Shown one piece after another: positions 38,558-58,560 of a stretch of 64,000 nucleotides of DNA. The stretch is from the human T2T-CHM13v2.0 reference genome, Homo sapiens. Numbering within the stretch: position 1 is the first letter of the stretch; each line of letters begins with the position of its first letter. The stretch is from the NCBI RefSeq assembly GCF_009914755.1, contig NC_060928.1, one strand, 5' to 3'. The notes beneath the pieces are model-generated. The model had not been told where the DNA came from and did not search any database. It was given only the letters and a program-made list of their open reading frames with translations. The position numbers were made by a program, and so were the translations under genes.

Positions 38558-39305
38558 ATGCATATTTGTCATATTTCTCTGTATTTTGCTGTTGAGAAAG
38601 GAGGTATTCACTAATTTTGAGTAACAAACACTGCTCACAAAGTTTGGATTTTGGCAGTTCTGTTCACGTGCTTCAGCCAAAAAATCCTCTTCTCAAAGTA
38701 AGATTGATGAAAGCAATTTAGAAAGTATCTGTTCTGTTTTTATGGCTCTTGCTCTTTGGTGTGGAACTGTGGTGTCACACCATGCATGGGCCTCAGTTTA
38801 TGAGTGTTTGTGCTCTGCTCAGCATACAGGATGCAGGAGTTCCTTATGGGGCTGGCTGCAGGCTCAGCAAATCTAGCATGCTTGGGAGGGTCCTCACAGT
38901 AATTAGGAGGCAATTAATACTTGCTTCTGGCAGTTTCTTATTCTCCTTCAGATTCCTATCTGGTGTTTCCCTGACTTTATTCATTCATCAGTAAATATTT
39001 ACTAAACATGTACTATGTGCCTGGCACTGTTATAGGTGCAGGGCTCAGCAGTGAGCAGACAAAGCTCTGCCCTCGTGAAGCTTTCATTCTAATGAAGGAC
39101 ATAGACAGTAAGCAAGATAGATAAGTAAAATATACAGTACGTTAATACGTGGAGGAACTTCAAAGCAGGGAAGGGGATAGGGAAATGTCAGGGTTAATCG
39201 AGTGTTAACTTATTTTTATTTTTAAAAAAATTGTTAAGGGCTTTCCAGCAAAACCCAGAAAGCCTGCTAGACAAATTCCAAAAGAGCTGTAGCACTAAGT
39301 GTTGA

Positions 39306-39949
<644 letters not shown>

Positions 39950-41184
39950 AGTGTTGATATTTTAAATACGGTGTTCAGGGAAGGTCCACTGAGAAGACAG
40001 CTTTTTTTTTTTTTTTTTTTTGGGTTGGGGGGCAAGGTCTTGCTCTTTAACCCAGGCTGGAATGCAGTATCACTATCGTAGCTCACTTCAGCCTTGAACT
40101 CCTGGGCTCAAGTGATCCTCCCACCTCAACCTCACAATGTGTTGGGACTATAGGTGTGAGCCATCACACCTGGCCAGATGATGGCTTTTGAGTAAAGACC
40201 TCAAGCGAGTTAAGAGTCTAGTGTAAGGGTGTATGAAGTAGTGGTATTCCAGATGGGGGGAACAGGTCCAAAATCTTCCTGTTTCAGGAATAGCAAGGAT
40301 GTCATTTTAGTTGGGTGAATTGAGTGAGGGGGACATTTGTAGTAAGAAGTAAGGTCCAAGAGGTCAAGGGAGTGCCATATCAGACCAATACTACTTGCCT
40401 TGTAGATGGAATAAAGATATTGGCATTTATGTGAGTGAGATGGGATGTCACTGGAGGATTAGAGCAGAGGAGTAGCATGATCTGAATTTCAATCTTAAGT
40501 GAACTCTGGCTGACAACAGAGTGAAGGGGAACACCGGCAAAAGCAGAAACCAGTTAGGAAGCCACTGCAGTGCTCAGATAAGCATGGTGGGTTCTGTCAG
40601 GGTACCGGCTGTCGGCTGTGGGCAGTGTGAGGAATGACTGACTGGATTTTGAATGCGGAACCAACTGCACTTGTTGAACTCTGCTAAGTATAACAATTTA
40701 GCAGTAGCTTGCGTTATCAGGTTTGTATTCAGCTGCAAGTAACAGAAAATCCTGCTGCAATAGCTTAAACTGGTAACAAGCAAGAGCTTATCAGAAGACA
40801 AAAATAAGTCTGGGGAAATTCAACAATAAGTTAAGGAACCCAGGCTCTTTCTTTTTTTTTTTTTTGAAACGGAGTTTCGCTCTTGTCACCCGGGCTGGAG
40901 TGCAATGATGTGATCTCAGCTCACTAAAACCTCTACCTCCTGGGTTCAAGTGATTCTTCTGCCTCAGCCTCCCAAGTAACTGGGATTACAGGCGTATACC
41001 ACCATGCCCAGCTAATTTTTGTGTTTTTAGTAGAGATGGGGTTTCACCATGTTGGCCAGGCTGGTCTCGAACTTCTGACCTCAGGTGATCCACTCGCCTC
41101 AGCCTGCCAAAGTGCTGGGATTACAGGTTTGGGCCACTGCACCCGGTCAGAACCCAGGCTCTTTCTTATACTTACCTTGCAAAC

Positions 41185-41968
41185 CCTTGTTCTCATTTTT
41201 TCCCTTTGTATTTTTATTGTTGAATTGTAATAGTTCTTTATATATTCTGGATACTGGATTCTTATCAGATAGATGATTTGTAAAAACTCTCCCTTCCTTT
41301 GGATTGTCTTTTTACTTTCTTGATAGTGTCTTTTGAAGTGTAAAAGTTTTTAATTTTGATGAAGTCGAGTTTATCTATTTTGTCTTTGGTTGCTGTGCTT
41401 CAAGTGTCATATCTAAGAAATCATTGTCTAATCCAAAGTCAAAAAGGTTTACTCCTATGTTTTCTTCTAAGAATTTTAGAGTTTTACATTTAAGTCTGAT
41501 CCATTTTGAGTTAATTTTTATATATGGTTCAGGTAGAAGTCCAACTTTATTCTTTTCCATGTGGTTATTCAGTTGTCCCAGCACTGTTTGTTGAAGAGAC
41601 TATTCTTTCCCCATGGAATTATCTTAGTACCCTTGTTGAAAATTAATCGTCCTTAATTGTATAAATTTATTTCTAGACTGTCAGTTCTACCTGTTGGTCT
41701 TTATGTCGATCCTGTGCCAGTACCATACAGTCTTGATTACTGAAGTTTGTGTCACAGTTTAAATTCATGAAATGTGAGTTCTCCAACTTTGTTCCTTTTC
41801 AAGATTGATTTGGCCATGCTGGGTCCCTTGCATTTCCGTACGAATTGTAGGATCAGCTTGTCAGTTTCAACAAAGAAGCCAAGTAGGATTCTGAGAGGGA
41901 TTGTGTTGAATCTGTAGATCAACTTGGGGAGTATTCGCATCTTAACAATATTGTCTTCCACCTATGAA
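41185..41968 (-). mobile_element. L1 ORF2 fragment, antisense
   Basis: Minus ORFs ILPKLIYRFNTIP and PYIKINSKWI are L1 ORF2-like. Confidence 0.88.
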
Positions 41969-42265
41969 CATGGGCAAACTTTGTGTAAATGGTCAGATTG
42001 TAAGTATTTCGGGCTGTGTGGGCACAGTGTCTCTGTCACAGCTACGCGGCTCTGCCATTGTAGCATGAAAGTAGCCATAAGCAATATGTATGAGTGTCTG
42101 TGTTCCAATAGAATTTTATTAATGACAAGGAAGTTTGAATTTCATATAATTTTCACCTGTCATGAGATAGTATTTGATTATTTTGGTCAACCATTTAAAA
42201 ATGTAAAAACATTTCTTAGCTTGTGAACTAGCCAAAAATATGCAGGTTATAGTTTTCCCACTCCT
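41969..42265 (+). mobile_element. MER58-like hAT MITE
   Basis: GGCAAACTTT...GTCTCTGTCACAGCTAC...GTGTTCCAATAGAATTTTATT resembles MER58. Confidence 0.65.
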
Positions 42266-42332
42266 AGGTTAAAATATGATAGGACCACATTTGGAAAGCA
42301 TTTCTTTTTTTTTTTTTTTTTTTTTTTTTTGA

Positions 42333-42437
<105 letters not shown>

Positions 42438-43169
42438 TAGTAGCTGGGATTACAGGCATGCGCCACCACACCCAGCTAATTTTGTATTTTTAGTAGAGAC
42501 GGGGTTTCTCCATGTTGGTCAGGCTGGTCTTGAACTCCTGACCTCAGGTGATCCACCCGCCTCAGCCTCCCAAAGTGCTGGGATTACAGGGTGTGAGCCA
42601 CCACACCCTGCTGGAAAGCATTTCTTTTTTGGCTGTTTTTGTTTTTTTTTTAAACTAGTTTTGAAAATTATAAAAGTTACACATATACATTATAAAAATA
42701 TCTTCAAGCAGCACAGATGAAAAACAAAGCCCTTCTTGCAAGTCTGTCATCTTTGTCTAACTTCCTAAGAACAAAAGTGTTTCTTGTGTCTTCTTCCCAG
42801 ATTTTAATATGCATATACAAGCATTTAAATGTGTCATTTTTTGTTTGCTTGACTGAGATCACATTACATATGTATTTTTTTACTTAACAATGTGTCATAG
42901 ATATTGTTCCATAGCAGTACCTGTAATTCTTATTAATTGCTATGTAATATTTTAGAATTTCTTTTTAAAAGAGGACTTTTGGAGATGTAAAGGCAAAGGT
43001 CTCACATTTTTGTGGCTGTAGAATGTGCTGGTGACATATTCTCTCTACCTTGAGAAGTCCCCATCCCCATCACCTCCATTTCCTGTAAATAAGTCAACCA
43101 CTTGATAAACTACCTTTGAATGGATCCACACTCAAAACATTTAGTCTTATTCAGACAACAAGGAGGAAA

Positions 43170-43175
43170 AATAAA
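43170..43175 (+). terminator. HTT: Distal cryptic poly(A) signal of HTT1a (~7.3 kb into intron 1)
   Basis: AATAAA ~7330 nt into intron 1. Agrees with the reported ~7.3 kb site. Confidence 0.7.
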
Positions 43176-44098
43176 ATACCTTATAAAGCACTGTTTAATA
43201 TTGTATTAAATTGGATCAATTTGGGGGCTAGAATGTATGTTAGAGACATGATATGTCCATAGGTCCTTGCTATCACAGTGAGGTCTCAGGGACAGTCGTT
43301 TGGTATCATTTGGGATCTCATAAGCAGACTCTCTCTGCTTGACCTGACAAATCAGAGTCTGTGTTTTAACAGGTTCAGTGAGTGACTTACATGCACATTG
43401 GAGTTTGGGAAGCTCCACTGTAGGTGCTTAGACCTTACCTTTGTTGTTGCTAATAACAATGCAAGCATTTGGGAGGAAGACCTGTGTTGCTCATATGTGT
43501 CCAGGTGTAGCTGAGGTGGCCTTGCTTATCTGCTGTAGGGCCGTTGAGCATTTCTGTAGCTGTGATGAGTGAGCTGAGGTGAGCCTGCGGAGAGCTCCCA
43601 GCCATTGGTAGTGGGACTCGCTTAGATGAACTGGAAGGACCCTTTCATCTGAGCAGCCACTATGGAGAAAAACAACCGAATGAGGGGAGAGACAATGTGC
43701 AATTTTATTTAGGGCACAAAGGAGAGCTGTGGTTAGAAGGTGACATTTGAGTGGAAAGGGGGCAAGCCATGTGTATAGCGGGAGAAGAGAGGTCCAGGCA
43801 GAGTTAACAGAAGGCAGAAATGCTTTCCATGTTTGAGAACCAGTAAGGAGGCCAGTGGCTGAAGTAAGGTGAAGGGCAGAAATAAGGATGAGGCTGCGAG
43901 AGATGAGAGGTTAGAGACGAGCGTCTTGTGCACCAAGATAAGCTTGTGTGGTCAAAACAAGTAGTTTAATTTATGTTTTTAAAAGATCATTTTGGCTGGG
44001 CACAATGGTTCATGCCTGTAATACCAGTAGTTTGAGACGGTGTGGTGGGAGGATTGCCTGAGGCCAGACGACCAGCATAGCCAACATAGCAGCACCTA

Positions 44099-44239
<141 letters not shown>

Positions 44240-44281
44240 CTACACTACAACCTGGGCAAGAGAGTGAGACCCTGTCTCTAA

Positions 44282-44286
<5 letters not shown>

Positions 44287-44338
<52 letters not shown>
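44287..44338. repeat. (CA)26 microsatellite at an AluJ tail in intron 1
   Basis: Counted directly. Possibly the intragenic intron 1 CA linkage marker (not verified). Confidence 0.93.
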
Positions 44339-44345
<7 letters not shown>

Positions 44346-45156
44346 GTATATATATGCATTTAGATGAAAAGATCACTTTGACAATACCACATGCTGGTGA
44401 GGATTTAGAAAAACTAGGTCACTTATTGCTGGTGGGAATATAATATAGTACGGCCACTCTGGAAAACAGTTTGGCAGTTTGTCATAAAACTGAACATACC
44501 GTTAGTATACAGCCCAGCAGCAACTACAATCCTGGGCATTAATCCTAGAGAAATGAAACCTTAATGTTCACATAAAAACCTATACTCAAGTATGCATAGC
44601 AGCTTTACCCATAATATCTAAGAACTGGAATCAGCTCAGATGTCCTTCAACAGGTGAATGGTTAAACTACTCAGTAATAAAAAGGAATGAGCTACTGATA
44701 GCATGCAACAGTTTAGGTGAAGTTATGCTAATGAAAAAAGCCAATCCCAAAAGGTTATACATACTGTATGATTCTATGTTTTTTTGCAATGGCACAGTTT
44801 TAGGGATGGAGAATAGATTAGTGGTTGCCTGGGGTTAGAGATGGGGTAGTAGAGTAGGTTAGTGGTGGCAGAGGAGAGAAAAGAGAGGGAGGTGAATGTG
44901 GTTATAAAAGGACAACACAGGGGAATACTTGTAATGGAAATGCTTTGTCTTTTTTTTTTTTTTTTTTTTTTGGCGACAGAGTCTTGCTCTGTTGCCCAGG
45001 CTGGAGTGCAGTGGCATGATCTTTTCTCACTGCAACCTCTGCCTCCTGGGTTCAAGTGATACTTGTGTCTCAGTCTCCCATGTTCAGAGTGAAACAAACC
45101 AGAGGTAATGTTCATCCAAATAATCCAACACACATGACATTAAAACATCAAGATCA

Positions 45157-46182
<1,026 letters not shown>

Positions 46183-47095
46183 GTTTGTTTTAATTTTGAA
46201 GGTGAAGTGAAAGTGACTACATTTACCAAAAGTGATTGAAAAGCCAGGACTGTTCTTACCCTGTTTTTCCAGTTCTTGCTCAGAGCAAGGTGGTTTCTTT
46301 TTCACTTAATCACCATACTTACTTTTCATGTAGAACAAGTCAGTTTGAGTTATCAGTTCATCATCTTAACTAAATTCCATGGGGGAAGGAATTAGTTTTA
46401 GTTTCTTAAACTTCCAGGTTTGCTTATTGGACAAAATGAGATAGCAAGGCAGTGTTTTTAAGTTAGATTTTTTATTTCTTTGGTAATACAATTTTCTCAG
46501 AAACTTAGTAGTCTTTTAGTTTAGTTGTTTTTAGTTGGTCCTATGTTTTGGATCACCCCTCTCTACTTTATTTTGATAGTGCCAACTGTGAAGACATCTG
46601 AAGCCATAGGTTTGGATGGGAAGGAGGCATCTTTAGCCTGATCATCTTCGCCAGGCTGTTTATCTCCTTTTGCTTGGCTGAGAAGTCTTAATAGGAGGCT
46701 TATTCCCAGCTATTTGGGGACATAGAAGCAGTTAGCCATTGCTTATATTTTACTGAGGTCTGTGTGGTATGTTGATTGTAGTCAGTTAACGATTTTGAGA
46801 ACTGAAGGCAGCCTGGTATATATAGAGTAGGTATTAGACTGTGTTTCTTCTAATTGAATTTCCCATCTCTTGTAATCTATGCCATCATCTTCTGTACTGC
46901 TGAGAAAGAAAGAAAGTTTCTAATCAAACTATACCACTGGTTGTAAGATGCAGTTTGGCTTTAGTGATGTTAACACATGATTCAAACGTGAAATTGATTG
47001 AGTATTGGTGAAATACAGAGGAGATTTAAAGCCAGAAGACCTGGGTTTAAATGCTGGCTGTATGACTTCATATCTGTGTGATCTTGGGCATGTCA

Positions 47096-47430
<335 letters not shown>

Positions 47431-47623
47431 TAAAATAAAGTAAAATGGGGGAAATGAACTGCTTTAGTAACATCATCTGTTTTTTCTGTGAGCAGCGTAG
47501 CTTGACAGCCATTGGTGAACTCGTGCCCTGTGCTTCCCTGTCCAGATCCCCATTCTGCCCGCAACATGGAGTATAACGGTTTATTCATAGTAGTCGAGAA
47601 ACACTCACTGAATGAATGAATGA

Positions 47624-47773
<150 letters not shown>

Positions 47774-48599
47774 TAATTGCACTTTGAACTGTCTAGAGAA
47801 AATAAGAACTTTGTATATTTTCAGTCTTAATGGGCTAGAATATTCTTTGTGTCCCAGCTATTTTAAATGGATTCAGAAATCCATTTAAGATGAAGAAGGA
47901 CCCTTTTCCCATATTTCTGGCTATATACAAGGATATCCAGACACTGAAATGAATAATGTTCCCTTTTTGTAATCTTTTATGCAAAAATTAAAACCATTAT
48001 GGTAATTGAACAACATGTTTATGTTTAGTTAACACCCTTAGCAACTATAGTTATTTTAAAACCATCTATGGTTTGATATTTTTGCATTTGTTGCAATAGT
48101 AGGAACAGCACAAGACAGTTCAGTTTGTCTCTCTTATTTGCTTTTTCTTGGCAGTTTGCTGTCCTATTGTACCTCTGCTCCTAGCAGTGGCTGGAGCCCA
48201 CTCCTCTGTGCTTCGGGATTAGTGGGGATCGTGGGGCATTGACTGTAGGTCAGCTTTCCTTGCTTGATCTTTCTCACTGGGATGAACTAGCAGCACCTTC
48301 TTTTGTAGCTGCTTTGCTTTTGACTATCTTTCTGACCGTTGTTCCTAGTAGCTGTAGATGGTAAATATATTTAGGCCTGTTTCCAATGGCTCAGTAGGAG
48401 ACATATTCACCTATGATATCTGAATTCTGTTACCCACATGGGCATGCGTGAAATAGTTGCCTTGCCTTACTTTCCCTTGGAATAAATAATTCATGTTATT
48501 CTCCTGGTAGAAGCTAGAAAAAGCCTTTATAGTCAGTCAGAAAAAAATTTTTAGACAAATAATCTTGATTTTAGTACTGACAAAAACGTGTGGTGATTC

Positions 48600-49222
<623 letters not shown>

Positions 49223-49953
49223 CCTCTCTTGTCTTTTTATTGTGGTAAAATGCACATAAAATTGACTGTCTTAACCATTTTTAGGGGTACAGTTCAGTAT
49301 ATATATTCGTAATGTTGTACAGCCATCACTGCCATCTACTTCATAAGTTTTTCTTCTGTCAAAACTGAACATCTGTCTTCATTAAACTCCCTATCATCCA
49401 TTCTTTCCTGTAGTCCCTTTCTACTTTCTGTCTGTATGAGTGTAACTGCTCTGGAGACCTCATGTAAGTGGATTCCTACAGGATTTGTGTTTTTTTTTTG
49501 GTGATCTGCTTATTTTTAATGCCTCTGTGCATTTGTATTATATACTTTCAAAGTGATTTCACAAAACCGTTTCATTTTAGGTTAACTCATTTCTGTTGTT
49601 TGTGAAATACTGTGTATGATTCTGTTCTGTTTCTGTCTAATTTGTGGAAATGTTGTGGGAAGAAAATGAAATAACAAATGAGCATATGTCCTGAAAATAA
49701 AAATATAAAAATTCTAAGTTAGCATGCTATTGTAGAATACAACGCTATGATAAAAGTAGGAAAAAAAAAGGTTTGAATTCTATCTCTGCTACCTGTGTAA
49801 GCTGGGTGACTTTAGATAAGCTGTAACGTGTTTGAGCCTTACTGGCTCATTTTTGAAATGTAATCCCTAGTTACACAGTTCTTGTGGGATCAGATGGTAC
49901 ATGTGAAACACTGTGAAAAAGCAACTGCATAGATATGTTCATTAGCCACCTGA

Positions 49954-50208
<255 letters not shown>

Positions 50209-51642
50209 TAGCCAGGATGGTCTTGATCTCCTGACCTCGTGATCCGCCCGCCTCGGCCTCCCAAAGTGCTGGGATTACAGGCGTGAGCCACTGCCCCTGG
50301 CCATCTTTACTTTTTTTGTGAAATGACTTTAAATACTTGGCAAACATTTGGTCATTGTTCATCTGATCTCCACCATCCAGGTCTCAGAGAACATAATTTC
50401 TCTCTGAAAGCTTATTGACCCAGGAAATAAGATCTCTTTCAATCTGAGTGCGTCAGGCTTTATTCTTGTCATTTTGTCTTTTGATAATTTTCAAATGGAA
50501 TTCATGGAATGTTGGCTTATATTCATATATTAGTAAAGTATGTTGAGACATCTTAAGATTGATTTGTGGTTCTATATGCCATATTAAATCAAAATAATAG
50601 CTGTTAATGGTTTTCACATTAGTCTGTCTCTTGTTTTTATGGAGTAATGCTGAGAGTTCATTATGCTTGTTCTACAGAAGAGCATGTTAAAAGGAGTTTT
50701 TGGAGTCAGAGAGGTTATTCTTGGTTTCATAGGATACACTCTATACTTTTTAGGGATTTCAGAGTATATAGCTGAAGGTGATATTTTATGTAAATATGTT
50801 TTATGGAAACTTATTGCTCATCGCTGTTTCCTGTTAACTCTCCTAAAATATAATTAAACTTTTGGAACTTTTTTATAGCTTTTGTGCTAGACTAATTTTT
50901 GTCTCTAATGAGGTTATATAAATGGCAGCTTCTGACGTTTTCAATGTAGGAAGTCATTTAAAACTTCATGTATATTGTGAAAATGTAGTCTGCTTTAAGC
51001 TCTCTAAAGTGGTCTAAGTTACTGGTTCCTAAGTATGGATGAGCATCAAAATCATCTGGAAAATTTGTTAAAAATACAGTAATGAAGGCACCTCACTGTC
51101 CTTTTTCCCAAACATACTTCTGCATTCTGTTTGAGTAGGTAGGGACTACACATTTTTCACAAGTATCCTCTTGGGAATACCCAGGAATGCTTACTTGAGC
51201 AACCTCTTACTAATATGTACCTTGATAAGGTGGCTAGGTAAACATAAATATACAAAAATCCATAGATCTCCCATATATTAGCATAAATCAGCTAGAAAAT
51301 ATAACGTTTAAAGATCTAGTTCACAGTAGCACCAATATATCGAACTCTAAGGAATCGATAAATATGCAAAAACTTTATAAAAACTTCTGTTAATGTTTCT
51401 GAAAGATATAGGTGACCACTTTCTAGATAGGAAGATTTTATATTACTAAGTTGAATTTTCTCTAAATTAACACAGAAATTTAAAATAATCTTGATCAAAA
51501 TTCTAGTAGAGGTATTTTTGAACTTGTTCACTGCAAGAATAAATACATAATTGCAAAGAATATCTCAAAATCATCACCAGGCCTGGTGTGGTGGCCCATG
51601 CCTGTAATCCCAGCACTTTGGGAGGCTGAGGCAGGCAGATCA

Positions 51643-51945
<303 letters not shown>

Positions 51946-52791
51946 TTAAAACAGGTATAGAACAGAAAGAAGAGTGTATGTGTGTATCTGTATGAATTTA
52001 TGATGGGTGTAACATATATGTATTAGGGAAATGAGGGAAATGATACATTTCTCTGACTTTGGGAGAACATTATATCTCTACCTCATATTGCAAACAAACA
52101 TAAAGTTCAGATTAATTACCTAAATGTGAAAAAATGAAATAATTTCTTTAAAAAATGTAATCTTAGTTTGAGGAAGGTTAACATTATAAAGGAAAAAACT
52201 GTTTTGAGTGGAATATAGTTCAATATGTCAAAATCCACCTTCAACAAAATTGAAAGTAAATTGAACTTGGGGAAAGTATTGACAGCATATAGATCAAAGG
52301 TTACTAGCCTGTGTAAAGAGCAGTTATAAATATCATTAAGAAAAACACTGTCGACCTGTCGGCACCTTGTTCTCCGACTCCCAGCCTCCAGAACTGTGAC
52401 GAGTAAGTGCTTATTGTTTAAACCACCCAGTCTGTATGTGGTATTTTGTTATAGAAACTCAAGCTGATTAGGACACTAGTAATCAGTAGACTGAAACTGA
52501 AACAAAAATAAGAACCTTTTTTACCTGTCAAATTGGCAAACATTAAGAATATTCAGATTTTTGTCAGAGGTGATACAACCTTCTAAGAAGGCAATTTGGG
52601 AAAATATAAAGCTTTAGATTATTATATGTCTGACCTAGCAGTTTTACCTCTAGGGTGCTTACCCCTAGGAAAGTGTGTAATGATATTGGTGCAGTGCCCT
52701 TCATCCCATTAGAAAATTAAAAATAACCTTAATGGCCTACCACTAAAAGGGGATTGAAAATTTAAGATATATTTATTTATGTGTTTATTGA

Positions 52792-52896
<105 letters not shown>

Positions 52897-53318
52897 TGAG
52901 TAGCTGGGATTACAGGCTCACACCACCGCACCCGGCTAATTTTTTGTATTTTTAGTAGAGATGGGGTTTCACTGTGTTGGCCAGACTGGTCTCGAACTCC
53001 TGACCTCATGATCCGCGCCCCTCGGCCTCCCAGTGTTGGGATTACAGGTGTGAGCCACTGCGCCTGGCCAGATACATTTATACAAGAGAATGTTAGTTAA
53101 CATTCATAGATATTTATATTTTGTTTACTTTTTATTAAAAAAATTTTTTTTAGAGACAGGATCTTACTCTGTCACCCAGGCAGGATGCAGTTGCACAATC
53201 ATAGCCCACTGCAGCCTGAACTCCTGGGCTTAAGTGATCCTTCTGCCTCAGCCTTTTGAGTACCTGGGGGACTTTAGGCAGTGCTACTATACCTGGCTAA
53301 TTTTTAAATGTTTTATAG

Positions 53319-53426
<108 letters not shown>

Positions 53427-54229
53427 TGACCAATAGATATTTATATTTGTGACTGGAAAATATATTAACAATGTGTTAAAAAATTCAGTTAAAAAATAAT
53501 GAAAGATTTTTGCTTCTGGCTAAGATAGAATAACAAGGACAGCATTTATCTTCTTGCCTTGAAATAGTTGAAAACGGAAGAAATATATGTAACAGTGGTT
53601 TTCAAGTTATTGGGCATCAGGCAAAGAAGAATAGTTATCCCAGGAAAATGAATGTGGAGAGCCCTACAATTTCCTTACATTACTGCCTGGTCATGGCAAG
53701 AGGAAAAACTGAGAGGAGACTGAGGCTGAGCCAGTGGTTTGCTGGGTTGAGGAGGCAGAGCTGGGAGTGCAGAGATGCAAGGTGGTGAGAGCCCATATGG
53801 AAGAATACCAGGGAAGAGAGCTGCAGAGGGAGCTCCGGAGACCTGCACCCTGCCCTCTCAGTACCCTGTCATGTGTGTAGCTGAGTACTGACGAGCACTT
53901 GCTTGTGCGGAAATGACCCAGGGCTGGAGGTAGAGCCACCTGAAAGGATTAGAAGGAACAGTTGCTGAAAGTCACACAGGGCCAGGAAGAATTTCTAATC
54001 ACACCAGTTGGAGTGGAAAACCTCAGCTCTCATAGAGCAGGTAGGGTACTCAGAAGGGTTTGCCCACCTAGCCCCAGACTAAGTTTCGTTACTCTGACCC
54101 TACCTAATATTAAAAAGAGATTAATTAAATTGTTCGCAACAAAAATAATATATTTCAGTGTTTGTAACACGTAGAAGTGAATTGTATGACAATAGCATAA
54201 AGGCTGGAAGAGCAGAAATTGACATGTAT

Positions 54230-54612
54230 TTGCGCTGGGCAGAATAATGCTCCCCTCTTTCCCCAAAAGATATCAAGTCCTAATCCCTGGAGCCTGTAAA
54301 TATTACTTTATATGGAAAATTGTTTTATGATGTGATTAAATTCAGGATCTTGAGATGAGGGGGCTATCTTGGATGATCTGGGTAGGCACTAAATGCAATC
54401 ACATATATATAAAAAGGAGGCAGAGGGAGATTTTACACACAGAGAGAAGGCCCTGTGAAGATGGAACAGAAAGATTTGAAGGTGCTGGCCTTGAAAATTG
54501 GAGTGATGAAGCTATAAGCCAAGGAATGCAGCAGCCACCAAAGCTGGAAGAGGCACGGAGCAGTTCTCATTTAGAGCCTACTCCAGAGGGAATGTGGTGC
54601 TGCCAATTCCTT
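54230..54612 (+). mobile_element. MLT1D-like LTR, 5' part; 3' part resumes at 56291-~56432 after the SVA
   Basis: GGGCAGAATAATGCTCCCC start. The element continues across the SVA as GCCAATTCCTT|AATTTCAG...GTAATTTGTTACAGCAGC. Confidence 0.75.
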
Positions 54613-56290
54613 TTTTTTTTTTTTTTTTAAGATATCATTTACCCCTTTAAGTTGGTTTTTTTTTTTTTTTTTTTTTTTTTAGTATTTATTGATCATTCTT
54701 GGGTGTTTCTTGGAGAGGGGGATTTGGCAGGGTCATAGGACAATAGTGGAGGGAAGGTCAGCAGATAAACATGTAAACAAAGGTCTCTGGTTTTCCTAGG
54801 CAGAGGGCCCTGCCACGTTCTGCAGTGTTTGTGTCCCTGGGTACTTGAGATTAGGGAGTGGTGATGACTCTTAACGAGTATGCTGCCTTCAAGCATCTGT
54901 TTAACAAAGCACATCTTGCACCGCCCTTAATCCATTTAACCCTTAGTGGACACAGCACATGTTTCAGAGAGCACGGGGTTGGGGGTAAGGTTATAGATTA
55001 ACAGCATCCCAAGGCAGAAGAATTTTTCTTAGTACAGAACAAAATGGAGTGTCCTATGTCTACTTCTTTCTACGCAGACACAGTAACAATCTGATCTCTC
55101 TTTCTTTTCCCACATTTCCTCCTTTTCTATTCGACAAAACTGCCACCGTCATCATGGACTGTTCTCAATGAGCTATTGGGTACACCTCCCAGATGGGGTG
55201 GCGGCCGGGCAGAGGGGCTCCTCACTTCCCAGATGGGGCGGCCGGGCAGAGGCGCCCCCCAACCTCCCAGACGGGGCGGCGGCTGGGCGGGGGCTGCCCC
55301 CCACCTCCCGGACGGGGCGGGTGGCCGGGCGGGGGCTGCCCACCACCTCCCGGACGGGGCGGCTGGCCGGGCGGGGGCTGCCCCCCACCTCCCGGACGGG
55401 GCGGGTGGCCGGGCGGGGGCTGCCCCCCACCTCCCGGACGGGGCGGCTGGCCGGGCGGGGGCTGCCCCCCACCTCCCGGACGGAGCGGCTGCCGGGCGGA
55501 GGGGCTCCTCACTTCCCGGACGGGGCGGCTGCTGGGCGGAGGGGCTCCTCACTTCTCAGACGGGGCGGCTGGTCAGAGACGCTCCTCACCTCCCAGACGG
55601 GGTGGCAGTGGGGCAGAGACATTCTTAAGTTCCCAGACGGAGTCACGGCCGGGCAGAGGTGCTCTTCACATCTCAGACGGGGCGGCGGGGCAGAGGTGCT
55701 CCCCACTTCCCAGACGATGGGCGGCCGGGCAGAGATGCTCCTCACTTCCTAGATGGGATGACAGCCGGGAAGAGGCGCTCCTCACTTCCCAGACTGGGCA
55801 GCCAGGCAGAGGGGCTCCTCACATCCCAGACGATGGGCGGCCAGGCAGAAACGCTCCTCACTTCCTAGACGGGGTGGCGGCTGGGCAGAGGCCGCAATCT
55901 TGGCACTTTGGGAGGCCAAGGCAGGCGGCTGGGAGGTGAAGGTTGTAGTGACCCGAGATCACGCCACTGCACTCCAGCCTGGGCAACACTGAGCACTGAG
56001 TGAGCGAGACTCCGTCTGCAATCCCGGCACCTCGGGAGGCCGAGGCTGGCAGATCACTTGCAGTCAGGAGCTGGAGACCAGCCCGGCCAACACGGCGAAA
56101 CCCCGTCTCCACCAAAAAACACGAAAACCAGTCAGACATGGCGGTGCGTGCCTGCAATCCCAGGCACTTGGCAGGCTGAGGCAGGAGAATCAGGTAGGGA
56201 GGTTGCAGTGAGTAGAGATGGTGGCAGTACAGTCCAGCCTTGGCTCGGCATCAGAGGGAGACTGTGCGAGGGCGAGGGCGAGGGCGAGGG
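54611..56290 (-). mobile_element. Full-length SVA retrotransposon, antisense in HTT intron 2, with 3' transduction
   Basis: Hexamer 56268-56290, Alu-like domain ~55890-56260, GC-rich VNTR ~55180-55890, SINE-R ~54681-55180, poly(A) tails. TSD AATTCCTT at 54605-54612 and 56291-56298. Confidence 0.95.
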
Positions 56291-56439
56291 AATTCCTTAA
56301 TTTCAGTTTAGTGATACTAATTTTGGACTCTGGCCTCTAAAACTGTGAAAGAAAAAATTTTTTGTTTGTTTGTTTCTTTTAAGCCACATAGTTTGTGGTA
56401 ATTTGTTACAGCAGCTGCAGGAAACTAATTTATGCTGCA

Positions 56440-58560
<2,121 letters not shown>

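Noticed and set aside
55127-55939. Gly/Pro/Arg-rich ORFs up to 248 aa
   Set aside because: Products of the SVA VNTR.
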